A DNA stretch of 64,000 nt. Origin: a virus. The notes under the pieces are model-generated. The model ran no database searches. It was not told the origin of the DNA and saw only the letters and a list, made by a program, of their open reading frames with translations. Shown piece by piece: positions 10,362 through 19,604 of the stretch. The DNA lies in IMG/VR virus record IMGVR_UViG_3300017735_002163, positions 1-64,000 of that record; one strand, 5' to 3'. Every line of letters starts with the position of its first letter. The first letter of the stretch is position 1. The position numbers and the translations under genes were made by a program.

Positions 10362-10389
10362 ATTATAGCAAATTGTGTGTGTTTGTCAA
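10362..10389 (-). promoter_or_regulatory. Sigma70-type early promoter
   Basis: GGTTGACA-16-(TGC)TATAAT. Confidence 0.8.
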
Positions 10390-10398
10390 CCTGTTTTA

Positions 10399-11151
10399 CT
10401 AATCAACTATGCCGCCTTTACTGCTGTAAAGAGCTTCATATATGGAAATAGATAATTCATAGTGTCCACGTTTTGTGAGTATAGATGTAGGTGTTATTAT
10501 TTTATCTCGATCTTCGGGCTCGAAATCGTCAATCCATCTATTAATGTTCAAACCGTTGTGATCTGTTTCAGCCATTAGCTCGTTGTCATCTAAAGGACAT
10601 ATATGTGCTGATGCAATTATAAACAATGCAGGTACGCCTACTGATTGCAACATCCTAACACATTGAAAATGTCTATTATAAAAAGTGCTGTTGAAATTCC
10701 ACAAGCAATCTCGATTATCCCAAACTGCATTTTCATATGCTTGATGTAATTCTTGGTCTATAACATGATGTTGTTGGTCAGCATGTTCAGGTCTCCATTT
10801 TGTAAACACTGCCATCTTAGAATCATTAAGTATGCCGAGCTCTTCCTTAAAGTCAAAGTTCTTTTGTTCTTTAACACTTAATTCGTTATAGTCGTTTGAT
10901 CTCTCTATGCTGTAAAAATGCTTATGCCACATATTACCATATTGCACAATAACCATATCAGACTTTTCTATTTGGTGTGTTCGAACTTCTTGGGCAATGG
11001 TATCCCAAATATATTCATTTGAAGTGCTATCTGTAACTCTGTTGTCTAAATTTTTGCTCACAGAGGTTGCTAATAGCTCTGGCCAAGATGTTTCATCCTC
11101 GTTGTGGGCACGTGAGAATTCGGAACCAAATGCAATAAGTTTATTTGGCAT
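10399..11151 (-). CDS. SGNH-like hypothetical protein
   Basis: IAFGSEFS, SWP, SNEYI, VIVQY and C-terminal RGHYELS. Confidence 0.55.
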   Translation of the reverse strand: MPNKLIAFGSEFSRAHNEDETSWPELLATSVSKNLDNRVTDSTSNEYIWDTIAQEVRTHQIEKSDMVIVQYGNMWHKHFYSIERSNDYNELSVKEQKNFDFKEELGILNDSKMAVFTKWRPEHADQQHHVIDQELHQAYENAVWDNRDCLWNFNSTFYNRHFQCVRMLQSVGVPALFIIASAHICPLDDNELMAETDHNGLNINRWIDDFEPEDRDKIITPTSILTKRGHYELSISIYEALYSSKGGIVD

Positions 11152-11810
11152 TAAATTTCTTTCCCTTTGAACTCTTCTGCTAATGGAAATATCTCTGCTA
11201 TAACATCTGCTACAGCATGAGCAATATCCATATGCTCTTGTTGTGTGCCATTAGCACCACGTAATTCAATATAATGAATCCAACTACGCAACGTACCGTT
11301 AACGTACAGCCTGCTTAACGTGTTTCCTTCTGGTAGTACTGCTCTTGCCTGCTCTTTGGCAATACCGTTGCTTACAGCGAAGTTATAAGCGTCTGTGGCG
11401 GCTTTAATAACATCTCTTTGTCTGTCTTCCCACTGAGCTTGTAGTATTGTATCATCAGTAGTAATACTGTTCTGTCTGTTCTTAGGATCTTGTAAACGTG
11501 CTTCACGTATTTCAAAGTCCAAGTCCTTTGTCGGGTCAGCATAACGTTGACTAAACTCTTGGAAACTAAAACTTCTATGACGTAACAGTTGCCTTGCTAT
11601 GTCTCTGGTTGTTTCTACTTCTAAACAAACGCTCACCATTTCGAGCGGCGACCAATGTTTGTGTTTCATCAAATACTTCACAAGTTTTTCATTTGTTTCT
11701 GTATTGTTTTGATTACTTGGGTTACTTACTCTGGCACAATATGCCACTAAGTCTAATGCTGACTCTTCGTACATAGGTGCTTGTGAGTGACTAATTAGTT
11801 TTACTTTCAT
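11151..11810 (-). CDS. thyX: Flavin-dependent thymidylate synthase
   Basis: HWSPLE, RQLLRHRSFSFQEFSQRY, KEQARAVLP. Confidence 0.97.
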   Translation of the reverse strand: MKVKLISHSQAPMYEESALDLVAYCARVSNPSNQNNTETNEKLVKYLMKHKHWSPLEMVSVCLEVETTRDIARQLLRHRSFSFQEFSQRYADPTKDLDFEIREARLQDPKNRQNSITTDDTILQAQWEDRQRDVIKAATDAYNFAVSNGIAKEQARAVLPEGNTLSRLYVNGTLRSWIHYIELRGANGTQQEHMDIAHAVADVIAEIFPLAEEFKGKEI

Positions 11811-11841
11811 TACAATCCTTAATTTAGTTGCTACTATTTAT

Positions 11842-12555
11842 TTAAATTTGTGCTGTTTCACATGCATTGCGGATTTCAGTAACCTCTGCAGGATTCTTTG
11901 TAAACACTTTAAGCCAAAACTGAGAATCGATAATGTGTTGTATCATTTTAATTTGCTCATCGCTTAATCGTGTTAACACTTCGGAGCCAGTCTCACTAAG
12001 ATACAATACCCAAGGACTTACTTTGCCTGATCTAATATCATATACAAATCTTGCAGGACTAACTACAGTAAAATATTCTTGCCAATCGCATTCATGTTCT
12101 TCAGACCATTTAGCAAAATGTATAATACTTCTTTCTAACCCTTTCATACCGGGCTCTTTTTTAACATACTCTAATAGCCAATCATCATATACAGCATCCT
12201 TACTCCAGTCCGCTAACTTCTTACCATTCTTAATTAGCCACTCCGCAAATGTTTCAGGCGACAAGTATTCATTGCGAATACAACTTCTACCAAACTTGGT
12301 AAAGCCTTCATAGTATTGACTGCGAATAAAGTCTTCTTGACTTTTTGGTTTGCTGGTTGCAGTATTGATTTCATAGAACATCTGGAATACACGGTATCCT
12401 AATCTAACATGTGTCATATCTTTGTCTGCCCAACGCCTTTTGCGTGGACACATATGAGCGGCTAAAGTTCTATCACTACGAAAACTTTTGTCGCACCATT
12501 TACAAACTTGATCACTTACCGAAGATGTCTTTGATTGTTTTGTCATCGTACCCAT
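11842..12555 (-). CDS. Zn-finger hypothetical protein
   Basis: CKWCDKSF...HMC at the N-terminus; start uncertain. Confidence 0.7.
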   Translation of the reverse strand: MGTMTKQSKTSSVSDQVCKWCDKSFRSDRTLAAHMCPRKRRWADKDMTHVRLGYRVFQMFYEINTATSKPKSQEDFIRSQYYEGFTKFGRSCIRNEYLSPETFAEWLIKNGKKLADWSKDAVYDDWLLEYVKKEPGMKGLERSIIHFAKWSEEHECDWQEYFTVVSPARFVYDIRSGKVSPWVLYLSETGSEVLTRLSDEQIKMIQHIIDSQFWLKVFTKNPAEVTEIRNACETAQI

Positions 12556-12979
12556 AATCTTTTGCTAAGTCTTTTAATTCTTGTTTTGTGTTCATACTCA
12601 ATACCATTTCTATTTCATCTGCTTTTAGATGTGGTAATAAGTCTGCTATAAATTGCTGAGACTTGTTTTTCTTTTTCTTTTGTGTAGGTGGTTTAATATA
12701 CGGATGGAATTCTACTTTGCCTGAACCACATGCACTTAATAACAGCCATTGTAATTCTGGATGTTTGTTAATTGAATAAAAGTCTTGGTTAAACAACTCA
12801 TTGACCATAAAGATATACTGTGGTGCATTCTTACCTTGCACACTACTCGCATATCTCAACATCATCCACAGTCCTAAAGACTTACGTTGTTCAATTGTTA
12901 AGTTGTTATAAAAATTCTTGTCTCTTTTATCAATTGCATGTAGTACTGTTTTAAGTGGTAGTTTAGGCTCCTTTGCCAT
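12512..12979 (-). CDS. Clamp-loader small subunit (gp62-like)
   Basis: WMMLRYASS, MVNE, HPELQW; size and context fit. Confidence 0.65.
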   Translation of the reverse strand: MAKEPKLPLKTVLHAIDKRDKNFYNNLTIEQRKSLGLWMMLRYASSVQGKNAPQYIFMVNELFNQDFYSINKHPELQWLLLSACGSGKVEFHPYIKPPTQKKKKNKSQQFIADLLPHLKADEIEMVLSMNTKQELKDLAKDYGYDDKTIKDIFGK

Positions 12980-13476
12980 TACATTAAATCTCCAACCTCA
13001 ATATTACAAATTTTGTTTTGCTCTTTTACAAAGTATGCACACCGTGGCTTGTCTTTGCTTTCTAAAGGAACAGCCAACATGTGGCCATGCTTTAGTTTAG
13101 GAAAAAACCATTTTACGTCTTGATAGATATTTGTAATAGTAATATCATAACAGTCTGGTATTTTAGTACTTAGTGGATTGGTTGCTAATGCTTTAAATCC
13201 TCTATTGTTTAAACTTGTTAATGGAATAACTTCTACTCCACCATAGTCATCGTCACAGATTAATATACTCCAATCCATTGGCATCTGTATAGATGAATTT
13301 CCTATTTGCAAACATATTGCAGGAGCATGGAAACTCTCTAAAAATATCAATGGCAGGAAGTAAAAGTCTATCTCGTCTTTGTCTGATGCATCAAGTACAC
13401 AATATCGCATGTCCTCAACTTCATCAGGAACCGTATTGAGATCAAATGGCTCGTTTTCTATCGTTAATATTTTCAT
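12979..13476 (-). CDS. Hypothetical protein downstream of uvsW
   Basis: 165-aa ORF with GGA RBS. Confidence 0.75.
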   Translation of the reverse strand: MKILTIENEPFDLNTVPDEVEDMRYCVLDASDKDEIDFYFLPLIFLESFHAPAICLQIGNSSIQMPMDWSILICDDDYGGVEVIPLTSLNNRGFKALATNPLSTKIPDCYDITITNIYQDVKWFFPKLKHGHMLAVPLESKDKPRCAYFVKEQNKICNIEVGDLM

Positions 13477-13484
13477 AGTTTTCC

Positions 13485-14942
13485 TTATTTGTATTCAACT
13501 TTCGTCATAGTGTGTCTGAATTCTTTTTCTTTGTAAAACACTTTACGTTTAGTTAAATGTCTTTTACTATACTTTAGATTGCTTGATATGTCAATCACAT
13601 TTACGTAATCTTTGTCCTCTGCCTTACGAATACCTCTACCGATACTCTGTATGACACGAACAAAACTTTTTCCTGGTTCCAACATAATCAAATTAAATAT
13701 TCGAGGTATGTTGATACCTACTGCCGCTACACCGTATGTAGCAACAATGACCTTGTTATCCATTTCTGATATTTCATCATACTCGGATTGTCTGTCTTTG
13801 ACTTTCATACCACCACTAACAAATGCCCATTCAGGATTCATCTCTGAAAATATATTTCCTGTGGCAATTCTATCTATGAGAACAAGTGTGTTACCTTGTT
13901 GTGCCATTTGGTTAATTATCTGCGATAGATGTTTTAGTCTTGTTTCGTCTGTGGTAAGCCATTTAAGTTCTTGTGCATATCCATTGAACCCAAGTGGACC
14001 ATCTTGCATCTGCAAAATACTAATGTCCAAGTCAGCCAATACACCCATGTCTTGTAACTCTTTACTGCTTAGGCTACCTGTAACAGGTCCTAATGCACAG
14101 GTACATGCTACTGCTTCGTGTTCGTCTTGCGGTATAGTACCTGTTAGTCCCCAACGTATAGGAACATTTTTAAACATACCACTCAACTGGTCACGCAATA
14201 CATCTGCTTTTGCTTTGTGTACTTCGTCAACCATTACACACACAACTTGATCGAGGAATACATCTAAGTCAACTTCGGCTTCGCCTGCCTTTGTTTTCTT
14301 TTCCAGTACTGCAAGACTTTGCCATGTGCATATAGTATGAGTCTTGTCATATTCTTTTCTGTCGCCATAAAGAACACCAACGTCCATACCTAAATTTTTG
14401 TAATCTTTTTCTGTCTGCACAACAAGATCTTTGTTTGGCACAATTACTATAGTCCTGCCAAAGTCCTCACAACGATGACTGAGCACTGCTGTGATAAGTG
14501 TTTTACCGGCTCCTGTTGCCACTTCCTGTAAACACTGAGGATTATCAAGGAATCGATTAATAACTTCTACTTGATAGTCTCTTAAAATAATAGGTAACCC
14601 TGCGGCAGGATGTCTGGGAGGCCATGCAGTATCTTCATAACTGTTTGCCTCAACAGGGTTAAATTTGAAATCCCATGTTTGCCTTTGATCATCAACCTCT
14701 ACATCATAACCTGCCGCGGTTACAATTGGTAGTAGAGTGTCGAGTAAATTCAAATAGGATCGGCCGCCAATGTCGCAAAATCTAACGCAACCATCCCAGC
14801 GGCCTAATTTGTATGCTGGCATATGGTATGCATAAGGTAAAAAGAATTTTACCGAATCAGAAATCTTACGCCTTGTCTTTACATCGAGTCCAACGAACTT
14901 GATGTTTACTTCGTCTCTAATTTCTAAAACTGTTTTATGCAT
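13485..14942 (-). CDS. uvsW: UvsW-like SF2 helicase
   Basis: WDG N-domain, ATGAGKT, DEVH, GLTGT, QSIGRGIR. Confidence 0.93.
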   Translation of the reverse strand: MHKTVLEIRDEVNIKFVGLDVKTRRKISDSVKFFLPYAYHMPAYKLGRWDGCVRFCDIGGRSYLNLLDTLLPIVTAAGYDVEVDDQRQTWDFKFNPVEANSYEDTAWPPRHPAAGLPIILRDYQVEVINRFLDNPQCLQEVATGAGKTLITAVLSHRCEDFGRTIVIVPNKDLVVQTEKDYKNLGMDVGVLYGDRKEYDKTHTICTWQSLAVLEKKTKAGEAEVDLDVFLDQVVCVMVDEVHKAKADVLRDQLSGMFKNVPIRWGLTGTIPQDEHEAVACTCALGPVTGSLSSKELQDMGVLADLDISILQMQDGPLGFNGYAQELKWLTTDETRLKHLSQIINQMAQQGNTLVLIDRIATGNIFSEMNPEWAFVSGGMKVKDRQSEYDEISEMDNKVIVATYGVAAVGINIPRIFNLIMLEPGKSFVRVIQSIGRGIRKAEDKDYVNVIDISSNLKYSKRHLTKRKVFYKEKEFRHTMTKVEYK

Positions 14943-14947
14943 ACTAA

Positions 14948-14976
14948 TATATACCTTAGTTTGATGAGATTGTCAA
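14948..14976 (-). promoter_or_regulatory. Sigma70-type promoter for uvsW
   Basis: TTGACA-17-TATATA just before the ATG. Confidence 0.55.
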
Positions 14977-16554
14977 GAAGTATTTTCTACCACCAGCACC
15001 ATAGCCTGGTGTTACTTCAAACTCATTATCAAATACATCGCGAACAGTAAACGATACTGTGGCTTTTGCAAACTGTCTGCTGAACACAAAATCAAGTGTG
15101 CTTAGGTCATCCAGGCTTGCTCCATCGTAAGGTCCAGGTGCTCTGTCAAACATACCACTATAAATAGTTTTGAATTTTACATCACCAAAACTTGCATAGT
15201 AGCTCAACTGAGTTTTTAACTCTGGTACACGTGGTTGATCACTGTCTGTGTATCCAACCATTACATTAAGACTGCCATACGGTACAGCATAAGCATCTAC
15301 AAATCTAATGCCCTGTGTTTTGTATTCGCCTGAGTTAATGTATGTTGCACTGTTATACACACCTGCATCATCCGTGTAGCCTGATTGGTATTGTATACCT
15401 TGTTCAAATTCATACCTGTACAATGTTATAGCACCAAATGTAACTTCAGCACCCATAGACTCTTCTGCTTCTAAGTCTGCATTGCCTTGTACCCATACGT
15501 CACCATTTTGTTGATACAATGTAGGGTTACGATAACTGGTAGCAAAATTTATAGAAAGCAGTTCTTTGCTGTATCCTACTCTGTAAACAAATGCATCTTC
15601 GTTTACTCTTACGCCGACACCAAATTGGTTTTCAAAGTTAATAGATGCATAACCACTGACATCAGTCTGATCGTTATCCATATATGTTTCTTGATCACCG
15701 GTGATACCCACAATAAGTTCTGCGGCTGGTGTGCCAAGTAGATATTTGGTTTTAGCATCTAAGTAAAGTCTTTCTGCTTCGCTGTCATACGTTAAGTCAT
15801 CTCCAGTAAAATAATCTGCATTATTTTTGTTATAACCTAATGTGATGTTATCATTACGAACACTCACAGCAACTTTATTACCAGTCTGAGTACAATCGTT
15901 TGACTGTGAAAAACTTGCAGTATAGCAGTTGTCATAGTCATAATCGTAATCAGTGTAATTTACATTGATGTCAAATCCACCAACTGTTTGATCAAGCCTT
16001 GCTGTTTTGTTTACATAATTATCTGTTTCATCGTTGTCAGTTCTCACTGAGCCGTTTGATACATCAAAATATGTAACACCAAATCCGCTTTGACTTACAT
16101 CAACAAGTGTATGGTCTGACCCAAGCCTGGATACAAAACCGTCTTGTAGGTCGTCTGTGATAAACACTGAACCACCCAAACTGCCTGAACCATATAGCAC
16201 ACTGTTAGGACCACTAACAATTTTTAATGCTTCTTGTCCAGTAACAATGTCGTGACCAAAGTCATACCATCCTGAGCCTGCATCGTTAACAGGTACACCA
16301 TTCCTAAAAATAGTTGTGTGTTCTGTTTGTGCTCCACGCTCATTATAGCCACTAAAGCCACCAAAGCCTCCGGCTGTGTATGCCATTGCAGGCATTACTG
16401 TTTCTACTAACCCAAAGTCTTCGTTAACGTTTGGAGTAGTTTCAACAATTGTTGCACCGACTACAACAATTTCTTCTATCAAGTCATCTGCATACACGTT
16501 AATGTTTAATAAACATGCAACGGCAAGTAATGACGCTATCTTTCTATTCTTCAT
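14956..16554 (-). CDS. TonB-dependent outer-membrane receptor, BtuB-like
   Basis: Signal peptide, TonB box EEIVVVG, plug RGA...NGVPVND...GPNSVLYGSGSLGG, C-terminal DVFDNEFEVTPGYGAGGR. Confidence 0.85.
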   Translation of the reverse strand: MKNRKIASLLAVACLLNINVYADDLIEEIVVVGATIVETTPNVNEDFGLVETVMPAMAYTAGGFGGFSGYNERGAQTEHTTIFRNGVPVNDAGSGWYDFGHDIVTGQEALKIVSGPNSVLYGSGSLGGSVFITDDLQDGFVSRLGSDHTLVDVSQSGFGVTYFDVSNGSVRTDNDETDNYVNKTARLDQTVGGFDINVNYTDYDYDYDNCYTASFSQSNDCTQTGNKVAVSVRNDNITLGYNKNNADYFTGDDLTYDSEAERLYLDAKTKYLLGTPAAELIVGITGDQETYMDNDQTDVSGYASINFENQFGVGVRVNEDAFVYRVGYSKELLSINFATSYRNPTLYQQNGDVWVQGNADLEAEESMGAEVTFGAITLYRYEFEQGIQYQSGYTDDAGVYNSATYINSGEYKTQGIRFVDAYAVPYGSLNVMVGYTDSDQPRVPELKTQLSYYASFGDVKFKTIYSGMFDRAPGPYDGASLDDLSTLDFVFSRQFAKATVSFTVRDVFDNEFEVTPGYGAGGRKYFLTISSN

Positions 16555-16583
16555 TATTTTCCTTAATGTTAAAGTTAAAATAA

Positions 16584-16607
16584 CTCTACCCGGAAATCCG
16601 GGTAGAG
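16584..16607 (-). terminator. Intrinsic terminator/hairpin after AAA ATPase gene
   Basis: ctctacccgg-aaat-ccgggtagag 10-bp stem followed by TTATTTT on the minus strand. Confidence 0.75.
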
Positions 16608-16638
16608 CGTTGTGTTACAAACAAGTTGTGGGAGAATG

Positions 16639-17667
16639 TTATGCAACACGTTTCATACAGGTTGACTCCGCAAGTTCTTGCCAAGTGTCCGGAGACATCT
16701 GTTTAAGGTCTGCTACCTTAAGAACCATCCTGAGTGAAATTTCACGCAACCTGTTAGCCTTCAAAACCATAAAGTCCACTACTTCCTGGTCTCCTTCTTT
16801 ACCGAAGTTATACTCGTCTAACATACCGTCACGTACAATTTGGTTAATACGTAAGAACCTATCGCTAACACTATTCATCTCAAGGTCAATGTAATGACAT
16901 CTGGACATAAGTGCTGATAAGTGATCCTTGATCTTCTTAGAACGAACGTTTTCAAAGTCAACGTTAGTAATAAAGATACAACCACCTTTGAACTCAAATC
17001 TATCAGGAATACCTTCTCTACGAAGAGCCTGCGATTCTGACTTCCAACTAATAGTTCTTTTCTTGCCTGAGTCAAGTACTGCCTTCAACATGTTCAAGCA
17101 TACTTCATCAAACAATACACTGTCGCAGTCATCAAACACAAGGATGTCACCTTTCTGCGAATTGTTGTATAGTGTCTGATACAGACCAATTGGTGTCATT
17201 GAACCCTTGACTACTTCTGTTCTTGGCGGCTTACTGCTAAGTTTAGCCATAACATCGTATTCGTCAAGTATCTTCTCAACACCAAAACTCTTACCAACAC
17301 CTGGAGGGCCACTTACGATAAGACCTCTAACAACACCGTTTGCCACAGCATCAGTCATCTCATCAAGGATATTAAATCTACGTTTGATTCTATCCATGGC
17401 CTGCTCTTCAGTTTCTTTTACTGCTTTTGCAGGTGCAGTTTCAGTAGACTCAACTTCAGTTGCTGGTCCGTCAACGTATTCTATATCGTTTGGATTTTCA
17501 AGCAATACACGTATTGCTTTCTTGTCTGGACCTAACACCTTGCTGGCGTCTACAGTAATAAATAAACCTTTCTTACCGAAAGTGCTTGGTTTTACTAACG
17601 GAAACACTGTATCAGTGATAGGTGCGTTTCTGTAAGTACCTTGTATAATGCGAACTTGCTTTTCCAT
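16639..17667 (-). CDS. AAA+ P-loop ATPase, early gene
   Basis: GPPGVGKS, VFDDCD, ALMSRC; start refined to MEKQ after GGGAGG RBS. Confidence 0.88.
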   Translation of the reverse strand: MEKQVRIIQGTYRNAPITDTVFPLVKPSTFGKKGLFITVDASKVLGPDKKAIRVLLENPNDIEYVDGPATEVESTETAPAKAVKETEEQAMDRIKRRFNILDEMTDAVANGVVRGLIVSGPPGVGKSFGVEKILDEYDVMAKLSSKPPRTEVVKGSMTPIGLYQTLYNNSQKGDILVFDDCDSVLFDEVCLNMLKAVLDSGKKRTISWKSESQALRREGIPDRFEFKGGCIFITNVDFENVRSKKIKDHLSALMSRCHYIDLEMNSVSDRFLRINQIVRDGMLDEYNFGKEGDQEVVDFMVLKANRLREISLRMVLKVADLKQMSPDTWQELAESTCMKRVA

Positions 17668-17706
17668 AATATTGCCTCCCACAGCAATTAATTAATTTAT
17701 GTACAT

Positions 17707-17734
17707 ATTATAGCAGTTTTTAATGATCTGTCAA
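17707..17734 (-). promoter_or_regulatory. Sigma70-type early promoter
   Basis: GGTTGACA-16-(TGC)TATAAT. Confidence 0.8.
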
Positions 17735-17754
17735 CCGTTTTGGTATGCTGTAAC

Positions 17755-18348
17755 CTATTGATTTGTAACAAGATTGTAAATTTCTTCCCAATTCTTTACT
17801 ACAATACCCTTAGGTTCTACCATATTATGCCCGTGTTCTACCAAAATTCCCTTCAATCCTGCATTGATTCCTGCTTGTACATTCTCAGGCTTATCCTCAA
17901 TCCAGTAATTATCAGTGTACTTGGCACCGTATTCTGCAAGTATTTCATCCTTATCAGCACCAGTATCTAAACAAACAACGTCAATGAATGCATCACCAAA
18001 CAACTTGTTTAAATTACGAGTCCTCAATTCCTTGGCATAAGGATCTAAAGACAGAGATGTTATGGCTATAAACTTATACCCATGTTGCTCAGATAACTTT
18101 TTAACAAAGTACTGTGCATCTCTGAGGGGAGGGAGAAAGCCTATTGCGGCACTCTCGTTAAATACTTTAACAAGTTTATGTCCGTTGTTTCTGGACATGC
18201 CATAGCGATCACCGATGGAATACATAAACTGATATCCATCAACTTTGCTATGACCGTGATGCTCCATCCAGACAGAGAAGCCTTCTTCCCAATCAAGAAC
18301 TACACCATCTACGTCTGTTAAAATTATTTTGTTTTTTCTAATACCCAT
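17755..18348 (-). CDS. HAD-family phosphatase / 5'(3')-nucleotidase-like
   Basis: LTDVDGV motif I, ITS, K, WIEDKPEN; start refined to exclude the tRNA-Arg. Confidence 0.85.
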   Translation of the reverse strand: MGIRKNKIILTDVDGVVLDWEEGFSVWMEHHGHSKVDGYQFMYSIGDRYGMSRNNGHKLVKVFNESAAIGFLPPLRDAQYFVKKLSEQHGYKFIAITSLSLDPYAKELRTRNLNKLFGDAFIDVVCLDTGADKDEILAEYGAKYTDNYWIEDKPENVQAGINAGLKGILVEHGHNMVEPKGIVVKNWEEIYNLVTNQ

Positions 18349-18379
18349 CTTATTAATAATATATACTCCTCTAACTTGT

Positions 18380-18456
18380 TGGCGCGGCTGGAGAGATTCG
18401 AACTCCCGACCCTGTGGTTCGTAGCCACATACTCTATCCAACTGAGCTACAGCCGC
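18380..18456 (-). tRNA. tRNA-Arg(ACG)
   Basis: GCGGCTG acceptor, anticodon arm TGTGG-CT-ACG-AA-CCACA, GTTCGAAT, encoded CCA. Confidence 0.96.
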
Positions 18457-18470
18457 CTACCTATGAAATA

Positions 18471-18498
18471 AGTATAGCATCTTTTAGGTATTTGTCAA
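18471..18498 (-). promoter_or_regulatory. Sigma70-type promoter for tRNA-Arg
   Basis: GGTTGACA-16-(TGC)TATACT. Confidence 0.75.
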
Positions 18499-18499
18499 C

Positions 18500-18754
18500 C
18501 TACATTTCTATTGTTTTAAATTTAGTGAATCCGAGGTCCTCATCGAATGTGAGGATGAATTGTGCAAGTTCTGGATCTGATTGGAACGATAGGTGCAGTT
18601 CGTACCCTACTGTTTTAAAAGAAACTTCTATGCCGTAATTTTTAGCCCATTTGTTAACTGCATTAGATATTCTGCCTCTGTGCATTTGAGCTGGCATACC
18701 GCCACCACCTGAGGGTAAGTTAAATCTGATATATCTACGTTTTGTCCTATCCAT
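18500..18754 (-). CDS. Small hypothetical protein
   Basis: Likely start MDRTKRR overlapping the end of the QueC-like gene. Confidence 0.6.
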   Translation of the reverse strand: MDRTKRRYIRFNLPSGGGGMPAQMHRGRISNAVNKWAKNYGIEVSFKTVGYELHLSFQSDPELAQFILTFDEDLGFTKFKTIEM

Positions 18755-19400
18755 TCCCTGTGTCAACTTTATCCATAGACTCAAATGCCCATGCACGTTC
18801 TTTGCAATGATAACATTTACCACATTTACCAGTCATTGTTTCTGTACAACTATGTGATAGGTTTGATATTTCTTCTACACCTAACTGAAACATAATATCA
18901 ATGGTGTGGCTCTTTTGAGTATGGTTAAAAGGAAAAATCAATGTGCCCGGCATTGGGCCTTCTATCTTTTCGCTTCTGGTGGGAAGTGTAGTATCTAAGT
19001 CTGGATTAGAACGTTGGTCGCCCATGTAAATTTGATCTACATCGTAGTTCTCTAAAGTATGCAATATAGACTCCCAAACTTTTTGTCCATGGAAACGTTG
19101 ATGTAATTGTGTTATCCTAACACGAGTTGTTGACGGTAATTCTATATCAAACTTTTTCTCAACAAACTCTATAAGTGCAGGTGGATATAATTCAGCACCA
19201 TCGGTCTTGGGTATGTTAAACAAATATTTAATAACATCTTTAGGTTGTTTACCCTGTGCAATTATATCCTTACACATACAAGACAACAATACAGAACTGT
19301 CTATACCACCACTTAAAAAGAGACCAATCTTTTTTGTAGTGTCTATGTCTATTGTTACTATTTCTCTATGGTCTTCAGGACCACATTCAAGTTTAAGCAT
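18747..19400 (-). CDS. QueC-like PP-loop ATPase (7-cyano-7-deazaguanine synthase family)
   Basis: LSGGIDS PP-loop, FPF...K, SHSC...CGKCYHCKER Zn site. Confidence 0.85.
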   Translation of the reverse strand: MLKLECGPEDHREIVTIDIDTTKKIGLFLSGGIDSSVLLSCMCKDIIAQGKQPKDVIKYLFNIPKTDGAELYPPALIEFVEKKFDIELPSTTRVRITQLHQRFHGQKVWESILHTLENYDVDQIYMGDQRSNPDLDTTLPTRSEKIEGPMPGTLIFPFNHTQKSHTIDIMFQLGVEEISNLSHSCTETMTGKCGKCYHCKERAWAFESMDKVDTGNG

Positions 19401-19422
19401 ATCTGTATTTATAATTTAATAG

Positions 19423-19497
19423 TGGCGGTCCGACGGGGAATCGAACCCCGAACACCGCCGTGACAGGGCGGAATTATAACCGTTTAACTACCGGACC
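19423..19497 (-). tRNA. tRNA-Asp(GTC)
   Basis: Anticodon arm CCGCC-CT-GTC-AC-GGCGG, GTTCGATT, CCA end. Confidence 0.96.
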
Positions 19498-19510
19498 GGT
19501 TATGTACAAA

Positions 19511-19587
19511 TGGTGGGTGATGACAGGTTCGAACTGCCGACCCTCTCGGTGTAAACGAGATGCTCTACCAAACTGAGCTAATCACCC
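19511..19587 (-). tRNA. tRNA-Val(TAC)
   Basis: GGGTGAT acceptor, TCTCG-TT-TAC-AC-CGAGA, GTTCGAAC, CCA end. Confidence 0.96.
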
Positions 19588-19604
19588 ACATTGCTTTCTA
19601 CTCT

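Noticed and set aside
12979-13476. Stand-alone Hint/intein-like domain
   Set aside because: Only a vague beta-strand resemblance; no N-terminal Cys/Ser, TxxH or terminal HN
13612-14250. Long plus-strand ORFs antisense to core genes (also 16376-16894, 21770-22207, 35383-35868)
   Set aside because: Shadow frames of well-supported minus-strand genes, with no recognisable motifs
16555-16638. Cobalamin riboswitch upstream of the BtuB-like gene
   Set aside because: Only about 85 nt, occupied by a terminator hairpin and the anti-RBS element; no B12-box or cobalamin core recognisable
18349-18441. N-terminal extension of the HAD ORF in the ORF track
   Set aside because: It overlaps tRNA-Arg; the real start is probably 18348
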